Shown here: positions 1 to 9,355 of the stretch, piece after piece
How positions within the stretch are numbered: position 1 is the first letter of the stretch
How the letters are laid out: each line of letters starts with the position of its first letter
Virus record (IMG/VR): IMGVR_UViG_3300045988_062648
Span: 1-64,000 of that record
DNA from: a virus
Reading direction: 5' to 3' (one strand)
Length of the DNA stretch: 64,000 bases
Program-made: the position numbers and the translations under genes
Notes under the pieces: generated by a model
What the model was told of the DNA's origin: nothing
Seen by the model: only the letters and a program-made list of their open reading frames with translations
Database searches by the model: none

Positions 1-13
1 AACTTAATGTATT

Positions 14-547
14 ATGTTAAATCTTAAAGTTAATGGTAAAGCAGGTAAATTTACTCTTAATTTGCCTACAATGTTTAATGAAATTTCAAATGAGTATTTG
101 GATAATGCTGTAAAGCATATTTCTGTTGCTCCTGATTATTCTCTTGTAGCTCTTGTTTATCGTGAGAAACTTGCTGTAATTCTTAATAGTGCTAAACAAA
201 ATAAAGAAATGAATACTTCTGTAGTTCCTGTATTTATTAAAGCTGGAACAACCGATAGTAAGTTTATTAAGAGTATTAAACTTGGAAATAAAGTTATTGT
301 TACTGGTAGTGATTTAGCTATTGGTGTTCATGTTAATAGTCCTTCAAATGCTCTTAGTATTCCTAATGTAGTTGCAGTTTGCGAAGGAGATAATAATGTT
401 TATAGAGAAGCAATGACTATTACAGAGTATTGTCATTTTGTTGAGTTTAAACTTGTACCTAATAGTGCAATTAAAGGTATAATTAGTGCTATTGACTTTA
501 GAATGATTGATCCTTATATTAGTAGTGAAAATATTAATGAAGCGTAA
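14..547 (+). CDS. hypothetical protein (possibly N-terminally incomplete at window edge)
   Basis: 177-aa ATG-initiated ORF in the + strand gene array; no recognisable motif. Confidence 0.45.
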   Translation: MLNLKVNGKAGKFTLNLPTMFNEISNEYLDNAVKHISVAPDYSLVALVYREKLAVILNSAKQNKEMNTSVVPVFIKAGTTDSKFIKSIKLGNKVIVTGSDLAIGVHVNSPSNALSIPNVVAVCEGDNNVYREAMTITEYCHFVEFKLVPNSAIKGIISAIDFRMIDPYISSENINEA

Positions 548-562
548 GGTAAAGATACTCAT

Positions 563-606
563 CATCTCTTCTACGGGGGGGCGACTAATCAACTCTCGTA
601 GAAGAA
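563..606 (+). repeat. dispersed motif copy (forward, subtype B-like) paired with short inverted partner: TCTTCTACG-(21 nt)-CGTAGAAGA
   Basis: catctcttctacgggggggcgactaatcaactctcgtagaagaac in spacer between first two ORFs. Confidence 0.7.
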
Positions 607-648
607 CTACTAATAGTAAAAATAGTAAAGATATTAAACATAATAGAT

Positions 649-1176
649 ATGTCTAAGATATATAGATTTCCTAATAATGGATATGAAATAGAAGTAGTTA
701 GAAAAGATGATGTAATAGCTAGCATTGAAAATAATATTATAGATAAAGATGTAGCTTATGAAATTATCAATCAATTAGAGATTGATGCAGCTACTATGCT
801 TAGTGATGGTAAATGGGTTGGTATTCCTAAGTTTGGAAATATTCGAGCTAATCCTTTTGGATATAGAGCTATGACAGAAGAAGATAAAGAAAAAGTTAGG
901 AATGCTAAAGAAGTTTTATCACATGATAAATATGTAATGTTTAGAAAAGAAACTATTATTAAAAACAACGAACGTGTTAAGATTAATAGATTCTTTAATT
1001 ATACTCTTTCAATGAGTATTAATCGTAATAAACAATTATATAAAAGATTATGTGTTACACGAGGTGAGAAATGGACTAATATATATTTTTATGCTATGTT
1101 TAATGTTAAAGCTATTACTAATGATTGGTTAATATTTGAAAGCGATGACGAATCAAATGCAGCAACTGACGATTGA
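649..1176 (+). CDS. hypothetical protein
   Basis: 175-aa ORF, ATG start, follows a hairpin-containing intergenic spacer. Confidence 0.45.
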   Translation: MSKIYRFPNNGYEIEVVRKDDVIASIENNIIDKDVAYEIINQLEIDAATMLSDGKWVGIPKFGNIRANPFGYRAMTEEDKEKVRNAKEVLSHDKYVMFRKETIIKNNERVKINRFFNYTLSMSINRNKQLYKRLCVTRGEKWTNIYFYAMFNVKAITNDWLIFESDDESNAATDD

Positions 1177-1768
1177 TAGTCTTATTTTAATAGATGATAG
1201 CGGAATGCCTAAAGCTCCTACTATAAGACAGCTTATGGATATAGACGCTAGAGAACTTTATAATAGAGATAAATCTACAGATAAACACAAATATATACAA
1301 GAGTGTATAGTTATTTATTATCTTGGTGACCCTAAATCTCCTGCTAGACAAGCTGGACTTAGTGAACCTGAATCTCTTAAAATGGCTATTGAACAAGCAG
1401 GTCTTAGTAAAAATTATGTACCTGATAAAATTGTTATTCGTCTTATTAAAAAATATTATGAACAAAATATTACTGAAGCTGGTCGTGTAGTTGAAAATAT
1501 TATGCAAGGAATACATAATATTAATCTTAGTATAACAACTATTAATAATCTTCTTAATGAAAAACTTAATGGTGTTATGACACTTGACGATGTTCCTAAC
1601 ATTCTAGCAATGGTAGATAATGTTAATAAAAAGGCTTCTGATTTACCTGCTATAATGAAAAAACTTCAAGAAGCTAAAGAAAATCTTATGTATGAAAAAG
1701 AAACTCAAATGGCACGAGGTGGTAATACAGTTATTAGTAGTATGATTGCTGATGAAAATGATATATAA
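1145..1768 (+). CDS. hypothetical protein
   Basis: ORF track start 1136 is a TTG; first in-frame ATG at 1145; overlaps upstream ORF by about 30 nt. Confidence 0.4.
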   Translation: MTNQMQQLTIDSLILIDDSGMPKAPTIRQLMDIDARELYNRDKSTDKHKYIQECIVIYYLGDPKSPARQAGLSEPESLKMAIEQAGLSKNYVPDKIVIRLIKKYYEQNITEAGRVVENIMQGIHNINLSITTINNLLNEKLNGVMTLDDVPNILAMVDNVNKKASDLPAIMKKLQEAKENLMYEKETQMARGGNTVISSMIADENDI

Positions 1769-1770
1769 TT

Positions 1771-2778
1771 ATGGATAGTATTTATAATAGTAATTTTCTA
1801 TACTTTCAAGAAGATGGACATAAATATACTGATACACTAGGAAATAAATATACTAGTGTAACTACTCTTATACATGATAAGTATGTTCCTAAATTTGATA
1901 AGAAGTATTGGTTACATAAGAAAAGTGTTGAACTTGGAATAAGTGAAAAAACACTCGCTAAACAATGGCAAGATATAACTGATGAGGCTTGTACTAGAGG
2001 TACTAAAACTCATAATAGAATTGAGGATGGTATTAAAGATAATAGTATGTTTAGTAAAGCAGTCCAATATCTTTGTCAAGTTGAAAGTGGTAGATGTATT
2101 ACTGTTGCAGATATTCCTAATTTAATTCCTCAACCTCTTGATTTAGATAAATTTATTGAAGCTACTGAAAATCGTTATCCAGAGATTTATCGAGTATTTA
2201 AAGTTTATCTTGATAGAGGTTATACTATTTATTCCGAAATAGGTGCTTATATACCTAATTTACTTATTAGTGGTACTATTGATATTCTGTGTTATAAGCC
2301 TGATAATTTTGTAATACTTGATTGGAAAACTAATCGTAATGGTTTACAATTTACTAGTGGATATTATAAAAAAGATAAGACTACTATTCCTGCACAACTT
2401 ACTAAAGAATGGGTTGATAAAGATGAACGTATGTTACCTCCTCTTGGTCATCTTCCTAATTGTAATGGAATGCACTATACAATGCAACTTAGTAGTTACG
2501 CTAGAATGGTTGAATTAATACTTGGTATTCCTTGTATAGGTTTAGGTCTTTGTCATATTAGTAGTCCATTTGTACTTAACGCGTATGGTCAACCATATAG
2601 AGATGAAAATAATCAATATCCTATAGACCCTAATGGTAAAGAAAGTGTACATTGGTATAGAATTAATTATCTTGTACATGAAGTAGATTCTATATTTCAA
2701 GATAGATATAATCAATTAGAAGCAGAAAAAGTTAAAGTTAATAATCAATTAAATTTATTTGGAGAGTATGAAGACTAA
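1771..2778 (+). CDS. putative PD-(D/E)XK superfamily nuclease
   Basis: 335 aa; segment GTIDILCYKPDNFVILDWKTN fits hhhD...(D/E)xK core (D...LDWK) of RecB/Cas4-like nucleases; several Cys residues; inference from motif only. Confidence 0.35.
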   Translation: MDSIYNSNFLYFQEDGHKYTDTLGNKYTSVTTLIHDKYVPKFDKKYWLHKKSVELGISEKTLAKQWQDITDEACTRGTKTHNRIEDGIKDNSMFSKAVQYLCQVESGRCITVADIPNLIPQPLDLDKFIEATENRYPEIYRVFKVYLDRGYTIYSEIGAYIPNLLISGTIDILCYKPDNFVILDWKTNRNGLQFTSGYYKKDKTTIPAQLTKEWVDKDERMLPPLGHLPNCNGMHYTMQLSSYARMVELILGIPCIGLGLCHISSPFVLNAYGQPYRDENNQYPIDPNGKESVHWYRINYLVHEVDSIFQDRYNQLEAEKVKVNNQLNLFGEYED

Positions 2779-3382
2779 TCTAATTGCACTTTGTAATAAT
2801 TATGACTTTAAAAAGTTATTTGATAAAAAAGGTTATGTTTACTTTACTAAAGGAGCATATAATCTTAATATAATTGGAGTACGTCATGAAGGAAATGTAG
2901 TGACAAATAAATTTGATGACGCTCTTGTTGTTATTTGGATTGATGAACAAGGTCATCTTTGTCGTAAAGTATTTGAGTGTACAACTCAACCTGGAATTAG
3001 TTATATGGGAAAGACTATGGGAAATGTTAAAGGTACTGCCATTCTAGTTCCTGGTCAATATAGAGGAGCATATAAAATTGGACTTCATAAAGGAAAATAT
3101 AAAGCTCTTGTTCAAGCTAAACCTGTAAAAGTTTATAGAGATAATGATAAAGATAAAGAATATGATTATAATCCAACTACTATAGATGAAGGATATTTTG
3201 GTATCAATATACATAAAGCTGGTACAGCTTCTGTTATCGTTAATAATTGGAGTGCTGGTTGCACTGTCTTGGCTAAAGAAGAAGATTTTAAAGCACTTAT
3301 GCGACTTACAAATAAACAAATTGAATCAGGATTAGGTAGTACATTTACTTATACACTATTAAAGCAGGAAGACTTAAAATGA
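2768..3382 (+). CDS. putative L,D-transpeptidase (YkuD)-like cell-wall enzyme
   Basis: Track start 2759 is TTG; ATG at 2768. Motif GINIHKAGT...(16 aa)...WSAGCTV resembles YkuD catalytic H...SxGC(I/V) arrangement; stop overlaps next ATG (ATGA). Confidence 0.3.
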   Translation: MKTNLIALCNNYDFKKLFDKKGYVYFTKGAYNLNIIGVRHEGNVVTNKFDDALVVIWIDEQGHLCRKVFECTTQPGISYMGKTMGNVKGTAILVPGQYRGAYKIGLHKGKYKALVQAKPVKVYRDNDKDKEYDYNPTTIDEGYFGINIHKAGTASVIVNNWSAGCTVLAKEEDFKALMRLTNKQIESGLGSTFTYTLLKQEDLK

Positions 3383-3597
3383 ATATTTTTAGAATAGTTA
3401 AATGGCTTGGTAGATATAGAGTTGATCAACGCCATCATATTATGTGGATATTTAGATATTGGGATAGAGGAGCAGTAAGTCTTTGTCCTACTTATACTTT
3501 TGATACTCCACATGACGCTATGAAAGCTATTAGAGAAGTTGCTGGAGATAAAGCAACTATTTACGTTAAAGTAGAAAAGTTTATATATTATGATTGA
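3379..3597 (+). CDS. hypothetical small protein
   Basis: 72-aa ORF, ATGA overlap with upstream gene, tight packing. Confidence 0.35.
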   Translation: MNIFRIVKWLGRYRVDQRHHIMWIFRYWDRGAVSLCPTYTFDTPHDAMKAIREVAGDKATIYVKVEKFIYYD

Positions 3598-3892
3598 TAA
3601 TGATACTAAAATTGCAATAGTAGCTATGATAAGTTTATTGCTATGTTGTACACTATTATTTGTTTTATTTGGATGGTTTAGTCATACAGAAGAACTTAAA
3701 CGATTAGAAACAGAAGCTGCTATTGAGATTAATAAAAATAATAAAACTATTGAAGCTTTAGATAAAACTAAAGATAGTCTGATGTTACAAGTTGATAATA
3801 TTAATACTATTAAAGATGCAGAAATTATTAAAGTTAAAAGTCTTGATAATGACAGCACTCTTAATTTGTTCTATCAACTTATTAGGAAGTGA
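3590..3892 (+). CDS. membrane-anchored coiled-coil protein (i-spanin-like)
   Basis: 100 aa; N-terminal hydrophobic helix (IAIVAMISLLLCCTLLFVLFGWF) followed by charged helical region; architecture of type II spanin. Confidence 0.35.
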   Translation: MIDNDTKIAIVAMISLLLCCTLLFVLFGWFSHTEELKRLETEAAIEINKNNKTIEALDKTKDSLMLQVDNINTIKDAEIIKVKSLDNDSTLNLFYQLIRK

Positions 3893-4214
3893 AGTTAATG
3901 ATAGTGTGCAGCAATCTCTTCTACGGGGGGCGAGAGCCCAAGATAGTGCTAAAGTAAGTTATGACGATTTACGTATTGTAAATAGCAAACTTATTGAGCT
4001 TGAATATCTTAAAGTTGAGAATAATATACTTAAACAAGTTCATTCTACTGATAGTATTATTATTAAACTTAAAGATAATAATATAGAGCATTATAAAAAT
4101 ATTTACAATACTAAATCTGAACAATATAATAAAGTTAAATTTCAACGTGATATTGCTATAGGTAGTACAGGAGTTAGTATTGTTGCTTTAATATTAATGC
4201 TGTTATTAAAGTAA
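3816..4214 (+). CDS. small signal-peptide/Cys protein overlapping previous gene out of frame (o-spanin-like?)
   Basis: Track start 3792 is TTG; ATG at 3816 gives MQKLLKLKVLIMTALLICS... (basic n-region, hydrophobic core, Cys); overlaps 3590-3892 in another frame like Rz/Rz1; contains one copy of the dispersed motif (3915-3942). Confidence 0.3.
   Translation: MQKLLKLKVLIMTALLICSINLLGSEVNDSVQQSLLRGARAQDSAKVSYDDLRIVNSKLIELEYLKVENNILKQVHSTDSIIIKLKDNNIEHYKNIYNTKSEQYNKVKFQRDIAIGSTGVSIVALILMLLLK
3915..3942 (+). repeat. dispersed motif copy (forward, subtype B): tctcttctacggggggcgagagcccaag
   Basis: translated SLLRGARAQ within 3816-4214; GGGC-GAGA-GCCC hairpin with GNRA-like loop. Confidence 0.75.
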
Positions 4215-4216
4215 AT

Positions 4217-6493
4217 ATGGATGATAGTTTAGAAAAATACATTAGAGAATATCCTTTTCTAAATTATATAAATGAGGATAAAACTCGTTATCGTCATGCA
4301 AGGGATGAAGGTTGGGATGACCCAGATGATTTATTTCTTATTGGCGATAGTGGAGGTTTTTTGCTTAATATAAATCCTGATGATAAGTTTGTCAATACAC
4401 GTTTATTTACTGAAATGGCAGACTTTTATCGAAAGGAAAAGAAATATACTTATCTTAAAGAAGATAGTATTCCTCATAGACAACTTCGTAAAAGAGAAGA
4501 ATATCGTCGTAGGCATGGTTTTACAGCACCATGCCTTTGGCATAATGGAGCTACTAAAGAAGTTCGTATTCCAGGAGCCATGTATAATTATCTTAATTAT
4601 ACTCTTATGGAAAAACTTGATATTAGTTCTGTTATACATAGTGATAAAGCAAGTGTTGGTCGTAAAGTATATGATTTTCCAAACTTTATTGATGCACAGT
4701 TTTGGACATTTCATATAATGGATTTTGCACAACGTAATGGTTTTAATCTTATTATAGATAAAACCCGTCGTGGAGGATTTAGTTATATTATGGCTAGTGA
4801 TACAGCTAATGATATTAATCTTACTCCTCATAAAGTAAATATTCATGTTGCAGTAGATAAGAAATATCTTACAGTAACTGGTGGTCTTACTGATTTTGCT
4901 ATTAATAATCTATTATTTTACGAAAATAATACTTTCTTTAAACGCGGTATTCTTTCTACTGATAAAGAAAACTTTAGACTTGGCTTTAAACTTCCTAATG
5001 GTGTAGTTAGTCCTAATAGTTGGCAATCAGCACTATTTAGTGTTAGCGCTATGAATAATCCTAACTGTGCTATTGGTAAAGATGCTAGAAAAGTAAAAGT
5101 AGAAGAGTTGTCTACGATGGAGAACTTTGATGAGTTTATGACTGTAACAGACCCTGCAATGCGTACAGGAGCTTATGTTACAGGAACTCTTATGGCTTGG
5201 GGAACTAGTACGTCTGGAGATATGCAAGTATTTGCTAGTAATTTTTATGATGTATATGGTTTTCATTTTATGCCTTTTGAGAATGTTTGGGATAAAGATT
5301 CTAGACATGAAACTTGTGGTTATTTTAAACCTTATGCTTGGGGACTTCAAGGTCAAATAGGAGACCGATATGCAATGGATGAAGATGGAAATTCTAATCT
5401 AGAGATCGGTCTTCATATTGCATTTAATGAACGTAAAGCTAAAAAACAAAGTTCTAAAACATTTTCTGATTATATTAATTATCTAGGTCAATATGCCAAT
5501 ATGCCTAGTGAATCATTTAGTTCTACTACAGAAAATATATTTAGTAGTGAAGAACTACTTGAATGGGAAGAACGTCTTAGAACTGATACAGCATTTAATT
5601 TTTATGTTGACGGAATGCTTTTTGAAAATGAAAAACATGAAGTTATATTTAAAACTAATGCTCGTATTGAAGCTGAAGGAGGAAAACATAATGTAGATTA
5701 TTTTGATTGGATACAAGGTGTACCACGTAAAGGACATGAACATCCACATGGTTGTATAAGAAAATGGTTTAATCCTATTAAATTAATGCACATGGATGAA
5801 AATGGTAAAATGATTAATGCTATACCAAAAGGACTTTATAGTATTAGTTATGACCCTGTAGGTGTTAACAAAGAGAATAAAGCAATAACACTTAAACATT
5901 CTCATAATAGTATAAAAGTATGGATGAATCCTATGGCTTGTAATGGTTTTAAGCCAGCACTTGTTGCAGCTTATTATGGTCGTCCTGAAAAACTTGAAGA
6001 AGCAGATAGAATATGTTATCTTTTAGCTAGATATTATAATTGTATTGGAACAACAGGTGTCGAAGTAAACCGAGGTGAAACTGTTAGTAATTTTAGTAAA
6101 TGGAAAGCTCTTAAATATCTAATGAAAGATCCCGTTGAAATTTGGGATAATACACTTAAAGGAAAAGTAGTTGCTACTTATGGTGTTAATATGGGTGATG
6201 GAGTAAAGAAACTTGAAGGTCTACGCTTACTTAAAGAAATGCTTTATACAGAGATTGGTAAGAATGAACTTGGACAACCTATTAAATTATTTCAAACAAT
6301 ATATGATTATCAAAGTATCATTGAACTTAAAATGTGGAATAATATAGGAAACTTCGATAGAGTTTCTGAAATGATTATTAGAGCACTTCAGTGGAGACTT
6401 TATAATGTAGAAGCAGCTAAAGAACTTGAACATAGAAGAAAGATTAGAGAAGAAAAAGATTATAATAATATTTTTGTTAGAGATTGGTTTTAA
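4217..6493 (+). CDS. large protein, putative terminase large subunit by position
   Basis: 758 aa immediately upstream of portal-like gene; no clean Walker A seen, so call rests on synteny (TerL-portal-scaffold-MCP) only. Confidence 0.3.
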   Translation: MDDSLEKYIREYPFLNYINEDKTRYRHARDEGWDDPDDLFLIGDSGGFLLNINPDDKFVNTRLFTEMADFYRKEKKYTYLKEDSIPHRQLRKREEYRRRHGFTAPCLWHNGATKEVRIPGAMYNYLNYTLMEKLDISSVIHSDKASVGRKVYDFPNFIDAQFWTFHIMDFAQRNGFNLIIDKTRRGGFSYIMASDTANDINLTPHKVNIHVAVDKKYLTVTGGLTDFAINNLLFYENNTFFKRGILSTDKENFRLGFKLPNGVVSPNSWQSALFSVSAMNNPNCAIGKDARKVKVEELSTMENFDEFMTVTDPAMRTGAYVTGTLMAWGTSTSGDMQVFASNFYDVYGFHFMPFENVWDKDSRHETCGYFKPYAWGLQGQIGDRYAMDEDGNSNLEIGLHIAFNERKAKKQSSKTFSDYINYLGQYANMPSESFSSTTENIFSSEELLEWEERLRTDTAFNFYVDGMLFENEKHEVIFKTNARIEAEGGKHNVDYFDWIQGVPRKGHEHPHGCIRKWFNPIKLMHMDENGKMINAIPKGLYSISYDPVGVNKENKAITLKHSHNSIKVWMNPMACNGFKPALVAAYYGRPEKLEEADRICYLLARYYNCIGTTGVEVNRGETVSNFSKWKALKYLMKDPVEIWDNTLKGKVVATYGVNMGDGVKKLEGLRLLKEMLYTEIGKNELGQPIKLFQTIYDYQSIIELKMWNNIGNFDRVSEMIIRALQWRLYNVEAAKELEHRRKIREEKDYNNIFVRDWF

Positions 6494-6505
6494 ATTGAAT
6501 ATATT

Positions 6506-8938
6506 ATGGCAGGCTTTTTTCCTACTACTTGGGCACATTTCCCCACACAGCGTGTGAGTGGTGCTGAAAAACGTAAAGCTGAATGGTACGCGAATTGTAT
6601 TGATTACGTTATTGCAATGGGTCTTTCTTGTAATGATAGAACAGAGGATGAACTAGAGTTATCTATACTTCGAGGTAATATTCCTGATAGTTTTTATAAA
6701 AAGACTCTTAACCCTTATAATGCTAGTAAAGAGAAGTATACTAGGTTTCCAGCTACAATGCGTAATTATGATATAATGTCTGATATTATTCGACGTTATG
6801 TTAGTGAATATTTTAAAGGTATTCATCAATTTGTTGTTGGTGCAGAAAATCCAGATATAGTTATTAATAAAGATGCTGCACTTAAACAAACTATTATGCA
6901 AGCAGCTGAACAAGCATTTCAACAAGAGTTTCAAAAACGTTATCAACAAATGCTTAATCAAGCTCAACAACAAGGTCAAAACCCAAATCAAGTTGACCCC
7001 AGTCAAGCAATGCCTGATGTTGAAGAGTTTATGAATAAGTTTAATCAAGATTATATTGATAAAGAAAGTAAACAAGGTCAAGATGTACTTAATTATGTTC
7101 GAGCAATGACAGAAGATAATCTTGTATATCTTACTTGTTATTTTCATTTTGTAGCTCTTGGAGAATGTTTTACATATTGTGATGTTAGGGGTAATAAGAT
7201 AGTTAAAGATTATATTCCTGTAACAGAAGCTTATCCTATTCCTAATTCAAACTTCTTCGTAGAAGACCACGATATGTTTGCAAGAAAGATGATGTTAAGC
7301 TATCAACAGATAATAGACATGTTTGATGATTTTCTTGATGAAAAAGATAGGAAATTTCTTGAAACATATTATGCACATCAAAATGCTAATAGTGGTATAA
7401 CACGTCTTTCTTATAATCAATATTTTGAGAATTATCCTGATGTTTGTTCTAAACTTTCTAATGAAGAACGAGACTTATGGAGAAAACAACCTGTAAGTCT
7501 TTATGAAGTAAATGATAATCTTTATGAAGTATGGCACGTCGTATGGAGAGGAGAAGCTAGACGAGGAATACTTACTTATATAAATGAAGTAGGAATTGAA
7601 GCTACTCGTGTAGTAGATGAAGATTATCAGCTTAATAAAGCTGCTGGAGATATTGATATTGAATGGGCTTATGAGCCACAAGTTTATGAAGGCTATCGTA
7701 TTGGTAATCGTTATACAGCTATTTATCCTATTAAAGCTAGACCTATAGCGTTTAATCGTAATGGTAAACTTCCTTATAATGGTATAATGGAAATTCTACC
7801 TTATATGGGCAAGTTTGACATAATAAAGATAGTAACACCATATCAAGTTATGAGAAATATTATCTCGTATCATAGAGAAATGGTGATAGCAAAGAACAAG
7901 ATGTTAATTCTAATGATGCCACAGTCATTAATACAAGATGATTCAGAAGATAAAGTTTATCGTATGGCAGCTGATGGTATTCTTCTTGTTGATGATAGTG
8001 AAGATACTAATAGTCAGAAGATGGCTCAAGTAAGATTACTTAATGCTAATATGGGTCAGTATATAACTGAACTTACTAATCTTATGGAAAGTATCAAACT
8101 AGAAGCTCGTGAACTTGTTGATATGAATGCTCAACGTTATGGCCAAATAGCTCAATCTGCTGGTGCTACAAATACTCAACAAGCTATCAGTCAATCAGCT
8201 ATTGGTTCAGTTATTATAAATCAAATGTTTGACGAGTTCCGTAAACGTGATTATAATAGAGATATTGATTATGCTAAGTTAGCTTATGTTGATGGTCTTG
8301 ATACAGCTTATTGGGATGAAGTTGGAAAACGTCAATTTATTAGTCTTGATGTTAGTAGCTTTATAAACTCTGATTATTCTGTTACTGTTCGTAATGATGC
8401 AAAAGAAGTTGATAAACTTCAACAGCTTCGTCAATGGGCATTTAGTGCAGCACAAAATGGTGACCTTGAAATGGCTATTGCTGCTATTACAGGAGACAAT
8501 GTTGCTCAAATTAAAAACATAGTTAATCGTTTTGCTGATATTAAACGTAAGCATGAAGAAGATATGCAACATATGGAGCAAATGATTAAACAAGAAGAAG
8601 TTGAAAATAAACTTCGTGAGATTGCAGCTAAAGGTGAGCAAGATCGTCTTACTAAAGAATTGCAATATCAGTATGAGCTTCAACTCAAATATATTGATGT
8701 TGATATGTCAATGATTGCATCTACTCCTGATAACTCTGACGATTTAGCACTTAAAGAGCGTATAGCTAATATGACAGAAGAAAGTAAGCGTAGAATAGAA
8801 GATGCAAAACTTAATATTGAACGTCAAAAACTTGTAGCTGACGCTTATAATGCTGCTGCTGAAAGAGAAGTAAAAAGAGAGCAAATGAAGACTGACTTAC
8901 AAATAGCTAAAACTAATAAGAACAGATACGACAAATAG
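6506..8938 (+). CDS. putative portal protein
   Basis: 810 aa, long highly charged helical C-terminus (EEDMQHMEQMIKQEEVENKLREIAAKGEQDRL...) reminiscent of P22-type portal barrel; position between large ATPase-sized gene and capsid genes. Confidence 0.45.
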   Translation: MAGFFPTTWAHFPTQRVSGAEKRKAEWYANCIDYVIAMGLSCNDRTEDELELSILRGNIPDSFYKKTLNPYNASKEKYTRFPATMRNYDIMSDIIRRYVSEYFKGIHQFVVGAENPDIVINKDAALKQTIMQAAEQAFQQEFQKRYQQMLNQAQQQGQNPNQVDPSQAMPDVEEFMNKFNQDYIDKESKQGQDVLNYVRAMTEDNLVYLTCYFHFVALGECFTYCDVRGNKIVKDYIPVTEAYPIPNSNFFVEDHDMFARKMMLSYQQIIDMFDDFLDEKDRKFLETYYAHQNANSGITRLSYNQYFENYPDVCSKLSNEERDLWRKQPVSLYEVNDNLYEVWHVVWRGEARRGILTYINEVGIEATRVVDEDYQLNKAAGDIDIEWAYEPQVYEGYRIGNRYTAIYPIKARPIAFNRNGKLPYNGIMEILPYMGKFDIIKIVTPYQVMRNIISYHREMVIAKNKMLILMMPQSLIQDDSEDKVYRMAADGILLVDDSEDTNSQKMAQVRLLNANMGQYITELTNLMESIKLEARELVDMNAQRYGQIAQSAGATNTQQAISQSAIGSVIINQMFDEFRKRDYNRDIDYAKLAYVDGLDTAYWDEVGKRQFISLDVSSFINSDYSVTVRNDAKEVDKLQQLRQWAFSAAQNGDLEMAIAAITGDNVAQIKNIVNRFADIKRKHEEDMQHMEQMIKQEEVENKLREIAAKGEQDRLTKELQYQYELQLKYIDVDMSMIASTPDNSDDLALKERIANMTEESKRRIEDAKLNIERQKLVADAYNAAAEREVKREQMKTDLQIAKTNKNRYDK

Positions 8939-8969
8939 TTGTTGGCACATCCTTAAAAGTAATTCTGGA

Positions 8970-9004
8970 AGTCCTAGTGCTAGTAATAAGCTAATGCTAG
9001 GACT
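8970..9004 (+). promoter_or_regulatory. hairpin directly after portal-like gene (AGTCCTAG-19 nt-CTAGGACT)
   Basis: 8-bp perfect inverted repeat 32 nt after stop at 8938; no T-tract, so weak terminator/processing candidate. Confidence 0.3.
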
Positions 9005-9042
9005 TAATTATGTACTATGTTATACGTTCTTCTGTATTTTAA

Positions 9043-9120
9043 AATCGTTTCTAAGCGCATCAAATTGTAGCGGCTGATTAACTTATCGGCTTAAAAATTT
9101 GAAGCCAACAGAGCTAAAAT
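9043..9120 (+). repeat. conserved intergenic element copy A (AATCGTTTCTAA...GCTGATTAACTTATCGGCT...CAACAGAGCTAAA)
   Basis: about 80% identical to 60547-60612 and related to 25453-25519 and inverted 21486-21510; contains hairpin GCTGAT-TAACTT-ATCGGC with G-T wobble versus perfect stem in copy B. Confidence 0.6.
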
Positions 9121-9126
9121 AAAATA

Positions 9127-9151
9127 GGTCTACGGCAACGTTTTGATGAAG
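9127..9151 (-). promoter_or_regulatory. TACGGCAAC iteron-like site (GGTCTACGGCAACGTTTTGATGAAG)
   Basis: near-identical to CCTCTACGGCAACATTTTGTTGAAAAG at 63569-63596 upstream of the wHTH gene. Confidence 0.45.
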
Positions 9152-9355
9152 TCTGATATGCTCTAAATACGGTTTTGAATATATCGTTAAGATGATGCAC
9201 TTAATGAACATAATAATGAAGATTACAGTATAGTATTTAATATTAAAATAAATGTTTCGCGTATTGATAAAAAAGAGTTAAATGGTTTTGTTGCTCGACA
9301 TCAAAAAGCTATATTTGCATCAAATATAGTAATGTATAATTAATCATATAAAACT

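Noticed and set aside
7250-7272. AACTTCTTCGTAGAAGACCAC resembling half of the dispersed motif
   Set aside because: Lacks the invariant G/C run and conserved flanks. It is a short self-palindrome, TTCTTC-GTA-GAAGA, most likely by chance.
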